Part shown: piece by piece, positions 27,281 through 40,567 of the stretch
How positions within the stretch are numbered: the first letter of the stretch is position 1
Layout: the number at the start of each line of letters is the position of its first letter
Assembly (NCBI GenBank): GCA_964658305.1
Contig: OZ210885.1
Span: 17,050,001 to 17,114,000 of the forward strand
Length of the DNA: 64,000 bases
Reading direction: 5' to 3'
Source of the DNA: Leptogorgia sarmentosa
Lineage: Eukaryota
Notes under the pieces: model-generated
Seen by the model: the letters and a program-made list of their open reading frames with translations, nothing else
Told to the model about the DNA's origin: nothing
Databases searched by the model: none
Translations under genes and position numbers: made by a program

Positions 27281-30200
27281 TCATTTTCCTATATTAGTTG
27301 AATCCACATCCTCAATATTTCCTTCGTCTTCGTGATCTTGTTGTTGTCTTTTGGGCGGGCTTGCCATATCGGTTAGGGTGTTCTCGCATGACGATTTTCT
27401 TTTTTCCCATTGTTGTAAATGCTCCTCACTAAACAGATAAATTTTTGTCATGATGAGAGCTGACATTGAAAATGGCAGATGTGTTGGTTTCAGTGAGATC
27501 TCACTCTAATTAAACCCTTTTGTCGCCTTTTTGTGACCTGGCTATAATCTTGCACGCATGAAACAAATATTAAAATACTTTATTATATATATTGTTAAAA
27601 TATATTTTAATAGGTAAAAACATGCTTTGATCACCTTTCTTTATTTTCAAGTTCTAAGGATGTCTGATAGTCTCGTAATGAGATTCCATGTTTTGCAAGT
27701 GTTTCTGCAAAGCTCATCTTCATGTTTACATCTGAAGGCACTGGTGATTTCAGAAGGAACTGCACCTTGAAATGGGAGAAAATGAAATAAAAAATGTATA
27801 CATGGAGGAAAAATGTCGATGACTGCTATATAAGCGGTTTGTTTTCAAATACAAAATCATTATATGTTATAACACGACTCAACTCGATTTACGCTATTAA
27901 GAAAACAGCATATTTTTTATATATACAAATATATGTGATAAAGTTTCGATTAACGAAATGCCAATAGAGTTCTCGATACTACATAGATAGAGCAAATACT
28001 ATAGTTTTACCCGAAAAAGGTGTCACTACAGCCCAAAGGAATCATCATTTTTTTTAATTTTGTTTTCAGCAACCAGACGATTCCTCTTGGATGAACTTAA
28101 ACAGGCTGTTGCACGAAAATCTCTATATAGCTACTGATATAAATAAACATCAGAATTATAGGCGTATTATATACTTACATTGGATTTATTTCGCTTAATG
28201 TAGTATTGCCGTTTTTCTCCGAGATGCTTCTCCACCAGATACGTTAGAATGCGTTTTCCAACTGCAGCTGCAGGTTCCGTATTTCTTTTCTTTATTTTTG
28301 TTTTGATGAGAAGAAGACTTAAAGAAACGATTTTCCCGCTAGTCAAAAGTATTGTTCTTATGGCCTTTCTGTCTTCCTCAGGAACTTCCACGACATAGTG
28401 CGCAAGGGAGATGCCCAACTCGTCATCACTTTCGCCATTTTTGCTACTAAATGGTGATTTGCAATTCATGAAACCTGTGAAAGACATATCGTGAATACTC
28501 AAAATTCGTTTTTTGTTTGATCTGTACTTTACTTATTCATTTCCCCCCATAAAATCAAGGTATGAATAAGTCAATCTATATCAATATAATTGAAATGTGC
28601 AGGCAGAAATTGACGTTTTAAATAACACGATATTCAGGGGTTATATATAATTGAAAATAGGTTAAAAACTTTGAACGCACATATTAATGATAAAGACATT
28701 TCTATAATTATATACTTACAAACATGTTGCAAACAAACATCAACCAAGGAATGAGATGCTAGTAAAGCGTTAGAGCTTATTTGGCGGTTCAACTAGCTTT
28801 CACTACCGTCGTCTGATTCGTCTCCAACTATTTCATTATTAGAAGTCGTTCCATTGCTTTCCTCAACTTCCTGTTGTTCGACGTTCTTGTCAGCGAATAC
28901 ATCAAGTAATATTTGCATAGGAACAGACAACCTTATAACATGGGAATTTCCCCTTGCGAATAAGCCTGTAAGAAATAAAATTTTAACAAAATTTGCACAA
29001 TTCGAACTATAAATAGAAGGATTTGCAATTTCTGCTCTTTTTTTCGATAACCAACCATAAAAATAGAGCATTTTAATTGTATTTATTCATAATTATATAT
29101 CGTGGAGCAATAATATATCTTACCACTGAGAAGTATATCATGCTGATAAGCTTTGCAAACGTTCATCTCCCAGTTGTCATGGATACCTGCAAACGTTTGC
29201 TCAGCTTCAGGAGATAGAGTGTACTTTCTTCTCTCAACGTTAACAACGACAATCTTCGCGACATCTTCTGACGTATACGTTTCTTCACCTCTTTCGTACA
29301 GAGTTGTCAACAAGTTAACTATATGAACACAATTATACAAATGTTTCAATGTAAAATGCTATAATTAATTTATTTAGTTATGCAATAATTAACAATTACA
29401 ATCCAAAACTCGCAAAATTCCCAAAGGCCCCTTAATATTATTGCGCAAAGAAGGTCACTACTGGGTTAACCTTGCACAATCACCCAAAAAGAAAAGAATC
29501 TGAATCAAGCAAACGTGGAAAATCCATTTCGGCTTGTACAATGTACGTACTAGGTATTTGACCTAAGCGAATGAAACGGCCCTTTGAATGACTAATTTTT
29601 TGGTCCCTTCTATTTCTGACGTGATTGATATTCAGTCACACTTTTCTTAGTCCAAGAAAAATAGAGAATTAAATTACCCAATACTTCTTCTGTCTCGTCA
29701 AGCAGTTGTTGTTCTTCCTCTTCAAGTTCCATATCAACAAATTTGCTGTATATAGGTTTTGGAAAGTACCACAAGATGCGTGAAGTAAACCCTTTGGCAT
29801 TATTGTCAATATCTTCTAAGATGGGCAATGCTGAATGTGGTTGTGTAAATCCCAGTAAAGTGAAAGATGTTTGGTTCATGTCAAAGTTTGCATTTCCTGT
29901 AACTAAGAAAACAAGAAAATGTAAAGATTAGACTTCATATATATCATATTACAGGAAAATGTTATTGGATAATTTACTTTTGACAATATCAATAAAAGAT
30001 CAGTATATATGAACTTTACAACATAAAATACAAGCACACTTTGAGCATACACTTCGGTCTTAATTACCCGTTTCCCTTGTTTTTGCTTTTCCTGTGAACA
30101 TCTTCAGAAAGTCTTGATATTCACGATTGTCCTGAACTTGCCCTTTTGCCGATGAATACATGTTCATGGTTGAGAAGAAGGAAATTAATTCGTCAAAAAG

Positions 30201-31861
30201 CCCATATATTCTTCCACCATTGATAGCAAGTATTTCTCCAAACTTTTCCCAGGTACAGTGTGGTAGGATCATTTGGCGCCGTTTGTGGTTCAAAGTCTTT
30301 AACCTATTTTCAACCTTTTCAACCAGCATTTCCAGAAATCGATGAAAGGCTGATTTGCATCTTCCTAGATGTTGAAGGAAAGAACAGAAGTTGAGGTGGA
30401 TTTTCAACAGTATTTTTTAGATTTGTTTATTATAACCAAATGCCAACAAATTCCGACTCGACACTATAATATACTGTATAGCTAAAGTTTTTAACTTTAT
30501 ATATATATAAAGTTAATAAACATAGATACATAGATAAATATAGATACATATATGTTTCAAGTGAGGTGATTGATATTTGTGTATTTCTATGATGTCGTAC
30601 TGTGACAAACTGCGTTTTGTTATATATGCAATATCTGTTTTTCGTTTGTTCTTTTCAATATGTTACATTTGTATTCACCAATTGTATAGGAAAAATTGCA
30701 TTAAAGGATAACACACATATAGGCTGTGAATCCGTAGCTATCACGTTTATTATATAACTGGTTTTGATCGTAATGGTTGAGATAACTTGATGATACGTTT
30801 CGCTCTTTGTGAGCACTATGGTGTATTTCGGAATTCCAAACTAACCGTTTTTTATTTTAAATCCTAATTTAATGTATTAAATTGTTTTAAATCATAATTT
30901 ATGATATTCTGAAAGTGATTATAATTCAAACATAGCAAAAAATTAAAGTCATAATTAATTAGCATGCAAGCATGTAGTACATTATACAGTATATGGTTTG
31001 CGATACTCTTGCTGTGCTGTGCAGACAAAATATAATTTGCTCACTTAATTGATATTTTATTAATCGCAATAAATGAGTCGTGTTTATTTCCTGCTAATCA
31101 GAATTAATTTTATTGACTATAAATATATATAAAGAGTCCTAATAACAATATATGAAGTGTCCTAATAATAATAATTGTTTAGCTACTCGTTATATATTAA
31201 GATCAATAGAGTACTACAAGTACAAGTAGAAATGAAAAGTTGTCCGAAATGGTTGACCTAAATTGTGTGATATGAAAAGTATATGGTGTATACCCCTGGC
31301 ATTATATTATGATTAAATTTGTACATTTTCCTTCGATAATACTACTCGTAATACTATAAACACAATAAATGTAACGAACCTGTTTTGAGCACCACTGCTG
31401 TCCAGATCACTAAAGGCTCGTTCCAAGCCGGCTTTACTTCAACAGAAGAATGGGAAAGACAAAAAGAAACGAGTGACAGAAGGCCAATTAAAACCGTAGT
31501 CTTTTGCTGTTTCATAGTCTTGCCCCACAACTCACATACCTGAAAAGTCAGACAATTAAAGCGTTACGTGTGTGTATAATACTATTTGTATATAGCTTTT
31601 AAAAGAACTAATAATTCTGCAATACTCTAGCTGTTACTGGTAGGCCTTTCATGAACTTTATATTGACCTAATGACAGAGGTTAAATTTATAGTTGTCTGG
31701 ATTTCTTTCTAACAATCTTCAAATCGGATTTTTACAACCTATATATGTAAACAATTTGTTACCTTTTCCAATCTTTTTGGAAACAAATCCCAGTTGACAT
31801 CGATTTCATAACAGGCATCTAAATTCCTCTCTACATTCAATGCTTTATTACATACAGCCAT
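27281..31861 (-). CDS. DUF3987-like P-loop ATPase/helicase, 9 exons, ~598 codons, with one in-frame TAG (possibly a pseudogene)
   Basis: Phase-compatible GT-AG exons: 31861-31763, 31539-31380, 30364-30068, 29902-29678, 29318-29124, 28965-28720, 28474-28179, 27765-27635, 27428-27281. Motifs WNEPLVIWTAVVLKTGRCKS (Walker A-like), IYGLFDEL (Walker B), FTLLGFTQP and GFTSRILW (Arg finger) match the DUF3987/YfjI pattern. Confidence 0.8.
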
Positions 31862-33710
31862 TTTTTCCGTATTCTTTTGCTTTTGACTTTCAATGTTTTC
31901 GCGATGAACTTTGTCGCAACACTAAATTCAATCGTTTCCCCGATCCCATATAATGACAGGGAAAACAGCAAGGACCATTGTGTAAACACAATGGCTTATT
32001 TATTTACCATCTTTTTACCTAAATTGATTTCGTGACCACTATAAAGGTCGTATTATAAAGGTGAAATATAGCGTGTTGAATCTGAACGATTGCATGTGGC
32101 CAAATTTGCAAAGATTCTGATATCAATTGTCAACACTTCCATGCACTGATCTACTCCATGCACATGTCTGCGCTGAAGCATAATTATTTTGACTGACGAT
32201 TACGAATAAAATGTCAAAACACTGAATGAAATGAAAATGAAATAATTTTTTATGTGTATTTTCTTATCCTTTGACAAAAAATGAATAATTCGCATGATTA
32301 CCCACCCGTTAACTAAGAAAATTTCTAAAGGATATGTAGCACCACGGTATAAAGGTCCCAAGACACACATTGTATGCACTTGCGTGTTTCGCTCGCAGCA
32401 TCAAAATACATAGTTTTCAAAATATTTATAAAGAAGTGAAAAGAAGAAGAAGTGACTTGGGATCTCTCAAGTTATTATATAACTATTAATTAAGTTATTA
32501 TATTGTATTATATATAGATTAATATTTATATAGATTAAGTTTATTTAGATAGGCGTATATCTTATAGGCTGATATATATACGTGTTAGTTCATAATTATA
32601 TATTACCACCTATAAGCTCTAAACCCTAAACTTTCAACTCTAAACGTTTAGGTGTCATACATATTTAGCGGAGAACATTTTTTATAGAGACATGAAATAC
32701 CTCCCTCCGAGCATAATAGTGATTTTCAAAAATATAATGGAAATATTCAACGCCAAAGTTACAAACTTGTTGCCCTTCTCTCATTACGTTTTCCACGCTT
32801 TGAGTTTGATGTTGAAGGTTAAAGTTCAGCGTTTGGACAACTTTGTTTGAATTAGATATATAGTTGTATAGGTTCAAGTATAGCTAATAACTAAGGATGT
32901 AAAGGTAACAAATTCGAAACATTGTGCGTGATAACTCAAATTAGAGCTACGCAATATTCTTTGTTGAACTTCATGCATCATTAGCCTATACTATGTATAT
33001 ACCTAGAACTCAAATCCAACTCGGTAAAATAAACTTTATTTGAATGAGACGTTATAGTCAGTTGCTTGCATGCAGATTTATTGATTTGCATGTTATCGCA
33101 AAATTAGATGTGCGTTTTGTTTTCATTTGTTCAACCAAATTTTCTAATTTGTTAGTTAACTGTATGTTAGTTAAATATATTTAAAAATTTGCATGCAATG
33201 TTAGATTAACAAATAGACAATTCCAGCTCACGACTAAAATATCTTACTTATAATTCCATCAAAGTGCTTGTTGGAATTTTATCGCGAACTGTTGCAAAAT
33301 GTGGGAAATATATCTGTGAGAAATCGACAAAGTTTGTCTATTTTCGTATTACGATCGAGTATAGAGATTTGCACTTTATTTGCCAAATTTCTGCTCGTGA
33401 AACGAAACGAGGAATACATAATTTGCAAAGTTCGCAAGCTAGCTCGCATTTTACATGCAGCATTTTGCGGCAAACTCTAATTTGTCTCGTGCCACAACAA
33501 ACGTCTTGCATGTGTCATCTCCTGGCGGATGTGACAAATTTTCGTGCATCATTGTGAGTTAATGCAACGTGTTGAAACATTGAAAACAGAGCTCATGAAA
33601 AACAGGCGACTCGTGCATGCATGTGAATACTATAAATAGGGATTTTAACGTAGCAACAGTTTTAGTGTAAAAATTCCAATTAGTTTAATGTAGCAACAGT
33701 TTTAGTGTAA

Positions 33711-36700
33711 AAAAAAAACAAATGTAGAAAGTGTGAAAAGCCCCTGCAAATCGACGAGAATTGCTTAATTCGTGGAACCTATCTTGGTTGTCGTTTTACG
33801 AAGAAATGTTGTAAATGCAAAATTTATGAACATTACGGTTTCTTTACTGAAAACGGCCAAAGAATGTTTGAACCAGATTGCTTGAGCGAGGAGTTTCTCA
33901 TGAGCACAGATGAAACTGCAATAGATATGATGCTGCTTAAATACCTGAATGAGGATGTGACTCAAGGAGCAGTACCGTTTCTATTAAAGTCGAAGGTCTA
34001 CAATACTGTTCATGGTTATACACAAAATGGCGAGGATGCAAAAAGTCAAGTCACCAAGAAGAGGTACTTTTTAAAGTACATGCATTATGTTCTAGTAATC
34101 TAGTTTGGTTTGCCAGTTTTTGTGAGGTTTTATAAATACGATCAATGAATATGCAGTGATCCCCGATTTTTCTAATACATTGTCCATAATTATAGGAAAC
34201 GCGTATTGCATGTGTATTGACTTTAATTGATCAGATTTTCCCGACCATAAAATGTCCTTGATGCATTTCAATCTCTTCAAATAGGAAATTCAGTAGAAGT
34301 ATGGATATGAAGAGTAAATTGCAAAGCCGAATGTGCTTGGATAGACGTCGTTTGGAGGAAGCATTCTTGCTTCATGCTGTTTTGAAAACACATTTTAAGT
34401 ATGACCTGGATCTTCATCATGTCAGTCATGATCGAAATGAATTAATGCGCAGTGTTGTTGACAAATTTAAAGAGAAATTTGAAGCAACATGGTCAGGTTA
34501 GTATGCAAGTTTCACTTTTTGGATTTGCGATGCACACTAGGCAATAATGACCTGACCGATTATTTCCTTGACTATTCCACATTCTTTTAAAATTATCGTC
34601 ATCTTTATTGTTGGTTTCGTGGAATGTTATGGGTTTACATGCCTAATATTTTCACACCATATATAGGTCACAAATGCGACAAAATCGGGTGTGGAACTGT
34701 ATTAGTAGTCGATGGGAACATGAAAAATGCTCGCACAGTTTGCAGCGTGAAAAATGTTGGTCAACTCATCTTTGAAGGCATTGGAAACGTTGTAGTTGGT
34801 GGGTATAAATATTAAAACATACGCCTTCGTATTACAGGCATGCATTTATGTGTTTGTTTGTCCGCACAACAAGTCCCTAAACTTAAATAAAAAATGTTGT
34901 AAGAATGATTATTGAAGCGCAAGTTTATATAAGCTGTGAAATGACTGATAGCTATCATGCATACGTATATTTCCAGGTCTCCGTTCATTAATTTTTATGT
35001 TTTTCCAGTTATAGCAAGAATGGTCTTGAGAAATTCAGTCAACTGCATGTCAAGTGTTAAACTGCAAAAAAAAACTATAGCAGGCATCCCGCATATATAA
35101 GTTGTTTGCATATCTCGTTCAACGCGCAACTGATCATGGTTTTAACGGTTTATAGTTAGAAGATATTATTTTATCTGGGTAAAAATATAATAATAACGTT
35201 TGCTCAATTTTTAGGTTGTCAAAACACACCTGCTTTTCAGAGTAGAGTTTGTGAGGATCATAAACGAACTGCGCGCACATACCTAGATGAAAGTACTCAC
35301 ACAGGCGAAGCAGTTTCCAAGGAAGAATATTTGGCAATTCAAAAGATTATGAACACCAAAAGCACGAGACAGGGTAAACTTTACCAGGTAAACACTGCCT
35401 CTTTGAAAGATATGGTAATTTTGTGAGTCTTCAAACATCCTCATAATTTTTCATACATAGTTGTTTACCCGTGCGTTGCTGTATGCGAGACTCTCAATGA
35501 CTGCATGCATGTTTCATTTTGCATGGAGTTTTTGAACATTTTCCCTAGATGATTATAAAAAAATCATGGCTGCGTGAAACGAGGATGAGAGTTGCGAGTC
35601 GGTAGTCATGTATGGAAATACACTGAAAGTTTAGTAACAAGTGTTTTCACTATGTTAACCTCAATAAAATACCAGACTCCAGTTTAGCGAAAATCGCGTG
35701 ACAACTAGATATCCCCAACTCTTATCCTCATTTGATCCAGATTTAATTATAATAAATGTTATAAATTGAGTGTATAAGTATGGGATTATTTGTTCCCAAA
35801 GTTTACGATTGCATATATCTTATTTATTTCACAACCTTTCCCATCATGGTAACTTGTGGTGCACGAATTTGTCATATAAGAAACTTGACCATGCGAAGTT
35901 TCAAACTAGGTACACAAGGGATATATGTAGCTTACTGATATACAAGGTATATGTAAAAAGGAGATCATTTCAAATTTTAATTAACCTACGGCTCTAATCT
36001 TGCAGATTTGAAGATTGTTGAATTAAAAATACGAAATTTAGCCAGGGAAATTGGAATATGAAATGGTCTACTTTTTTGATACACCTTGTATATTTTATAA
36101 TATATATGCTTGAATGCCTTCTTGTTAATTACGTTCAAATCAAAAGAGGTATTAATTTTAAATCTTAAAATTTCATACAGGTTCAATGGTGCGATGGGAA
36201 GGTGTCATGGTTACGAGAAGCGAACTTGCCACAATCGGTCAAAAATGCTATCAATTCAAGGCAAAGTATCTTGAAACCAAAAGCCATTCGCGACTTTGGA
36301 GTGTCCCGATTGGTGTTGTGTGAGGAAACGGTTGAAAATATACATGAAGAAACGCTATTAACTGAGTAAGTTAACAAACTTGTGATGACAAGCTGCATAT
36401 GCCGTAAATATTTTTGAATAACGAATGCATAACCTTATTAGTTTTCCTAAATGATTGTAATTTATCGATCGGTATATAGTATCATGCTATAACTATAGAT
36501 TCAAAATATTTTGATGTGTATTTAATTCATGAATTGTACATGTTTTTAAAGCAATGGTTTTGCCGTTTCCTCAAAAGATGATGCCACTGTTAATGAGTCT
36601 GATGGGACTGCCCGTCTCTTAGCTTGTGGAACTGAGAAGGAAAAGCAAAAAGCTAAGAATATGAAAACAGCTGGTAAAAAGTTGATATCAGTTGTTTTTA

Positions 36701-37705
36701 CGTCGATATGTGCGTTAATGTTACTAATAAATAAATGCATGCATGTCATATTCAAAATTCCAATTGTATGTAACTTTTATATTGAAAGGATGTTTGGTTT
36801 TCCAATGGCCATGTGGAGTTATTGTATCCATCGAAGAAATGTTTAACTGCGAATCAAAAAGCCAAGTGTATGGGCATCTTCATCATCTTCTGGAAAGAAA
36901 CCAACTTTCATCCGTTGGTAAGTTTTTATAGAAACATTTACATATTATATTTACATAGGCTTCTGATCGCACTTAGAAATCACGAACAAGTTTACCAAGA
37001 ATATCGTTAGTATTGGCAAAATTCATATATATGCTGTGTATTAGACAAAACCAAAACTCTGTCTCGCTTGAATTCTGTATCCGGTAATATAAAGCCAGGT
37101 GAAGGTGTTAATTGAAATCCTGCATGCATGCATATGTAGAATTAATGTAGCGAAATCTATAGGGTTAAGTTGTTCGAAAGATTTAAGACAATATTTTTTT
37201 ACATATAGAAGTTATTTGCTATGACGACGGATGCCATCTCGCCAACTATGCCCGGAATCCCATTCGGAAGAACTTAACGAGTACGAGTGCCCAAATTGCT
37301 GACATGGAGATTGTTATTGACAGATTTCACTTTCGGAACCATGTTGATGCTTGGTGCCGTAAAAACTGTGATCCAAACAAATGCAGTAAACTAGAAAAGG
37401 TGCGTATGTAACTATTGTCTTGGGATATTGTGGGCAATTATCGTGAGGGTTTACCGTCCACGACCTTTTGAAGATATATATTTAGATACTGAATATCAGA
37501 ACGTGCTCGGCTGATGAATATAATATGTACAACCACATTTAGCTAATGAAGTTTTCTTTTTCAGGTTAACACAGAAGTATGCGAGCAGACGTTTCACTGG
37601 TTTTCGTCATTTTCACGAATGACCAAACATATGAATCGCCTGAGATTTTTGTTTTTTGTACTATACATAATGGATAATCGTAACATGCAATCAATGTATA
37701 TGTAG
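33711..37705 (+). CDS. KDZ-superfamily transposase with CxC5/CxC6-like cysteine clusters, at least 9 exons, at least 545 aa; 5' end unresolved
   Basis: Phase-compatible exons: 33711-34063, 34285-34496, 34667-34798, 35215-35387, 36181-36365, 36552-36673, 36789-36917, 37209-37399, 37565-37705. Motifs CRKC...KKCCKCKIYEHYG, HKCDKIGC..VLVVDGNMKNARTVC, TAG...WPCG...ESKSQV, ICYDDGCHL, IDRFHFRNH..WC and NTEVCEQTF. Confidence 0.85.
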
Positions 37706-37787
37706 TGGAGAGAGAGAGAGGAAGAGAGAATAAATGTTAATAAAACCTTCTAAATCCTATGCATTTTGTGATCATTCCATTTCATAA

Positions 37788-38815
37788 ATGAATATGAGGC
37801 CAGTGACGTATGTAGATAACGTATAAAAACGTCGGCAGGTGCTAGCAGTTAAACGACGTTTAGAGTATGGCCCTTGTTAAAATCAACTTATCTGATTTGC
37901 TTTAAAAGATTGCATTAGGCCATCCAAAATTGAAAGCAACAACAGAATGTCACAAAGTGAAAAGACAATTATTTGTTAATCGTTAAACGGCATAGTTCTT
38001 TCCGTAATGTTATTTTTCTTCTAAATGTTAGCAATTGAAATCTAAACGGATTAGTGACAGCTAGTTTAATCGACCGTGATGTTTTAGTGTATAATTTCGT
38101 TGATAGTCAATTTTCATGTATTACTCCTCTAGCTAGTGCAATTGATTTTGTTTATGATGTTTAATGAATGTACATTATTGTTGGCCCTTATGCCTTATAT
38201 ATGGTACTTACTCGTCGTTCATAGCAATATTATTTTCGTGACGGTTGCATCTAATTATTTCTTGCAATATCATATCCAATTATTTCACATGCCAACACTC
38301 ATGGCAGTTTCCTAATTATTTTTATATACACATGCAGTGAATGCTAAACTGCCTTTGGATATTAGAAATAAACGTTCGTTTTCTATGTTCCGTCTTTTCC
38401 ACGCAAAACACATAAATAGTATAAGTTTGTTTATATAAGTTTGTTTGAATATAGTTATGAATATAAGTTAGTTTGTTTTTATATGAAAATAGGTTGTTGT
38501 CCTGTGGCTAAATTGTGTGTTGTTGTATACGCCGATGAATGTGAGGCCAGTGACGCACGTATAGATAACGGACAAGAACGTCGGCAGGTGCAAGCAGTTA
38601 AACGACGTTTAGAGTATGGCCCTTGTTAAAATCAACTTATCTGATTTGCTTTAAAGATTGCATTAGGCCATCCCACCATTGAAAGCAACAACAGAATGTC
38701 ACAAAGTGAAAAGACAATTATCTGTTAATTGTTAAATATCATATCCAATTATTTCACATGCCAACACTCATGGCAATTTCCTAATTATTTTTATAAACAC
38801 ATGCAGCGAAAGCTA
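37788..38815 (+). repeat. Diverged internal direct duplication
   Basis: About 37788-37987 plus 38266-38346 match about 38535-38815 (e.g. GCAGTTAAACGACGTTTAGAGTATGGCCCTTGTTAAAATCAACTTATCTGATTTGC occurs twice). The first copy carries about 280 bp of extra sequence. Confidence 0.85.
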
Positions 38816-39000
38816 TATATTACTATATAGCTTTTCAAATTCACGCTATTTTTCAATAATCTATTGTTATAACTATTTGCAGAGGAGGTTGGACAGCTCC
38901 TCGCAAAGCATCACGGGAAATTTGCGTGCGTTTCCACGCTTGCTCTCATTCGTGCGTGGACTGTTGCGAAGTGAACATCTCCGCGAGATAGAGAATAATT

Positions 39001-40567
39001 ATGGAAGCTTTCGAAGCACAAGAGTGCCAGGCTACAATACTTAGAGAAAATAGCACGATATATCTTTATTGTTGCGATCCACATTATGACCAGGCTTTTA
39101 CAATTCCAAGCTTACCGTTTTTGCGACTGCATGGCATTTACTGTCATTTTAGCTTTCTTGATAAACCGTCGGAGAGAAGAACCTGCATTATACCAAACAC
39201 CCCGGCACTTGTTTCGAAACTGGACGGTGTTAAATCTCCTTCTGTTGTGAATGTTAAAACTAGTGCGATATTTGAGCCTTTTCAGGTTAGTAAAACCCTA
39301 TTTTGTACTTTATATGATTTTAGTTGCATCACTTGCATGTACATGGTATTAGTAAGTTTTGGCGATTCTAACCTCGATTAATTTTTGGTTTATTAATGTT
39401 GCTTTTTATTTCATTTTATACTTAGTTTGATTGTAACGAAGCTATCGATAAGGATGAAGAAGACCCACAAATTCTTTTAGTTTGGGATTTTGACGTGGAT
39501 GAAATACTGTCGAAGAATACAAGTGGAGTGGCTGCAGTTATCCCAGATACGGATGACATTGGTGTTACGCCCTTGCTAAATGTTGATGCGGTAAGTTGTA
39601 ATTGTTCAAATTTTCCAGCTACTGATAAAGTTTTATTACCCCCTGTAGATGAAACTCCTGAGGAAGGTAATTCTCCAAAATCACCAGCAAGAAATGAAGA
39701 TATTGTTGATGCCACAAGTGTAAATAACGTATGTAATGCAGATGAGGATCATTGGTTCTCAGATGAATCAGAAGGTGTGATGATTGTAATTTTATTATAT
39801 TGCATAATTTCGTTGTACAAGCAATGTTTAGGTTTGACTTATCAATTTTATAGTGTGTAATAATATTTATATTTATATGCAATGTGTCTACATAATGTGC
39901 ATGGTACTGTGTGCTCTCTTATTTTTAGACATATATGAGTCTATGGTACTGTGTGCTCTCTTATTTTTAGACATGACTCTATGACAATAGTTTTTAGATA
40001 TTACATAACATGTTTACCATGTTGTCTTACTTTTAAAGATTAATACTTGTTAAACTTTAATGATCTAATTATATCTTTGTAGAGAGGGACATTCTTGGCT
40101 GTTTTTCCAAACTGGATGACAATGGTGATGGTGACCTGGATAATGATGAGGATAATGATGATAGTGATGAGGATCAAGAGATAACCCATTCTGTACCATT
40201 CAAGTGCATTGGTGCTGCTCATGAAAGTAACTACCAACATCATTTGGAACAAGCATACCTTGCTCTTCAAGAAAATACATTAGTGAAAGTTCGGTTGAGG
40301 GCGGAGCCTTTAAATCCTATGGACCCAAATGCAATTGCTGTTGACCTGGACTATGGAATTGGTTGGTCTCATGTTGGATATATTGCTTCAGAACTTTGCA
40401 AGTATCTGCACCCCGTTATGACTAGAGGAGATATTATTGATGTTGACCTTCAGCATATCAAGTATAGAGTGGACTTTTTAAAAATAGGTTTCTACCCCAA
40501 AATCTGGATTAAAAGGCGTGGTGAGTGGGAGCCAGAGGTGGTAAGGAAAAGTAGGAGTGTGCGTTAA
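39001..40567 (+). CDS. HIRAN-domain protein, 3 exons, ~372 aa, acidic linker
   Basis: Exons 39001-39285, 39426-39774 and 40083-40567 join in frame. The C-terminus FKCIG...VRLRAEPLNPMDPNAIAV...VGYIASEL fits the HIRAN signature L.REP.N..D.NAI.V...GY. Confidence 0.82.

Noticed and set aside
32665..33557. Short ORFs between the ATPase and KDZ genes
   Set aside because: No recognisable motifs. A possible upstream KDZ exon near 32688-32817 could not be linked with confidence.
39901..39975. 32-bp direct repeat in a HIRAN-gene intron, plus short microsatellites near 30520 and 37708
   Set aside because: Ordinary slippage-type repeats with no sign of function.
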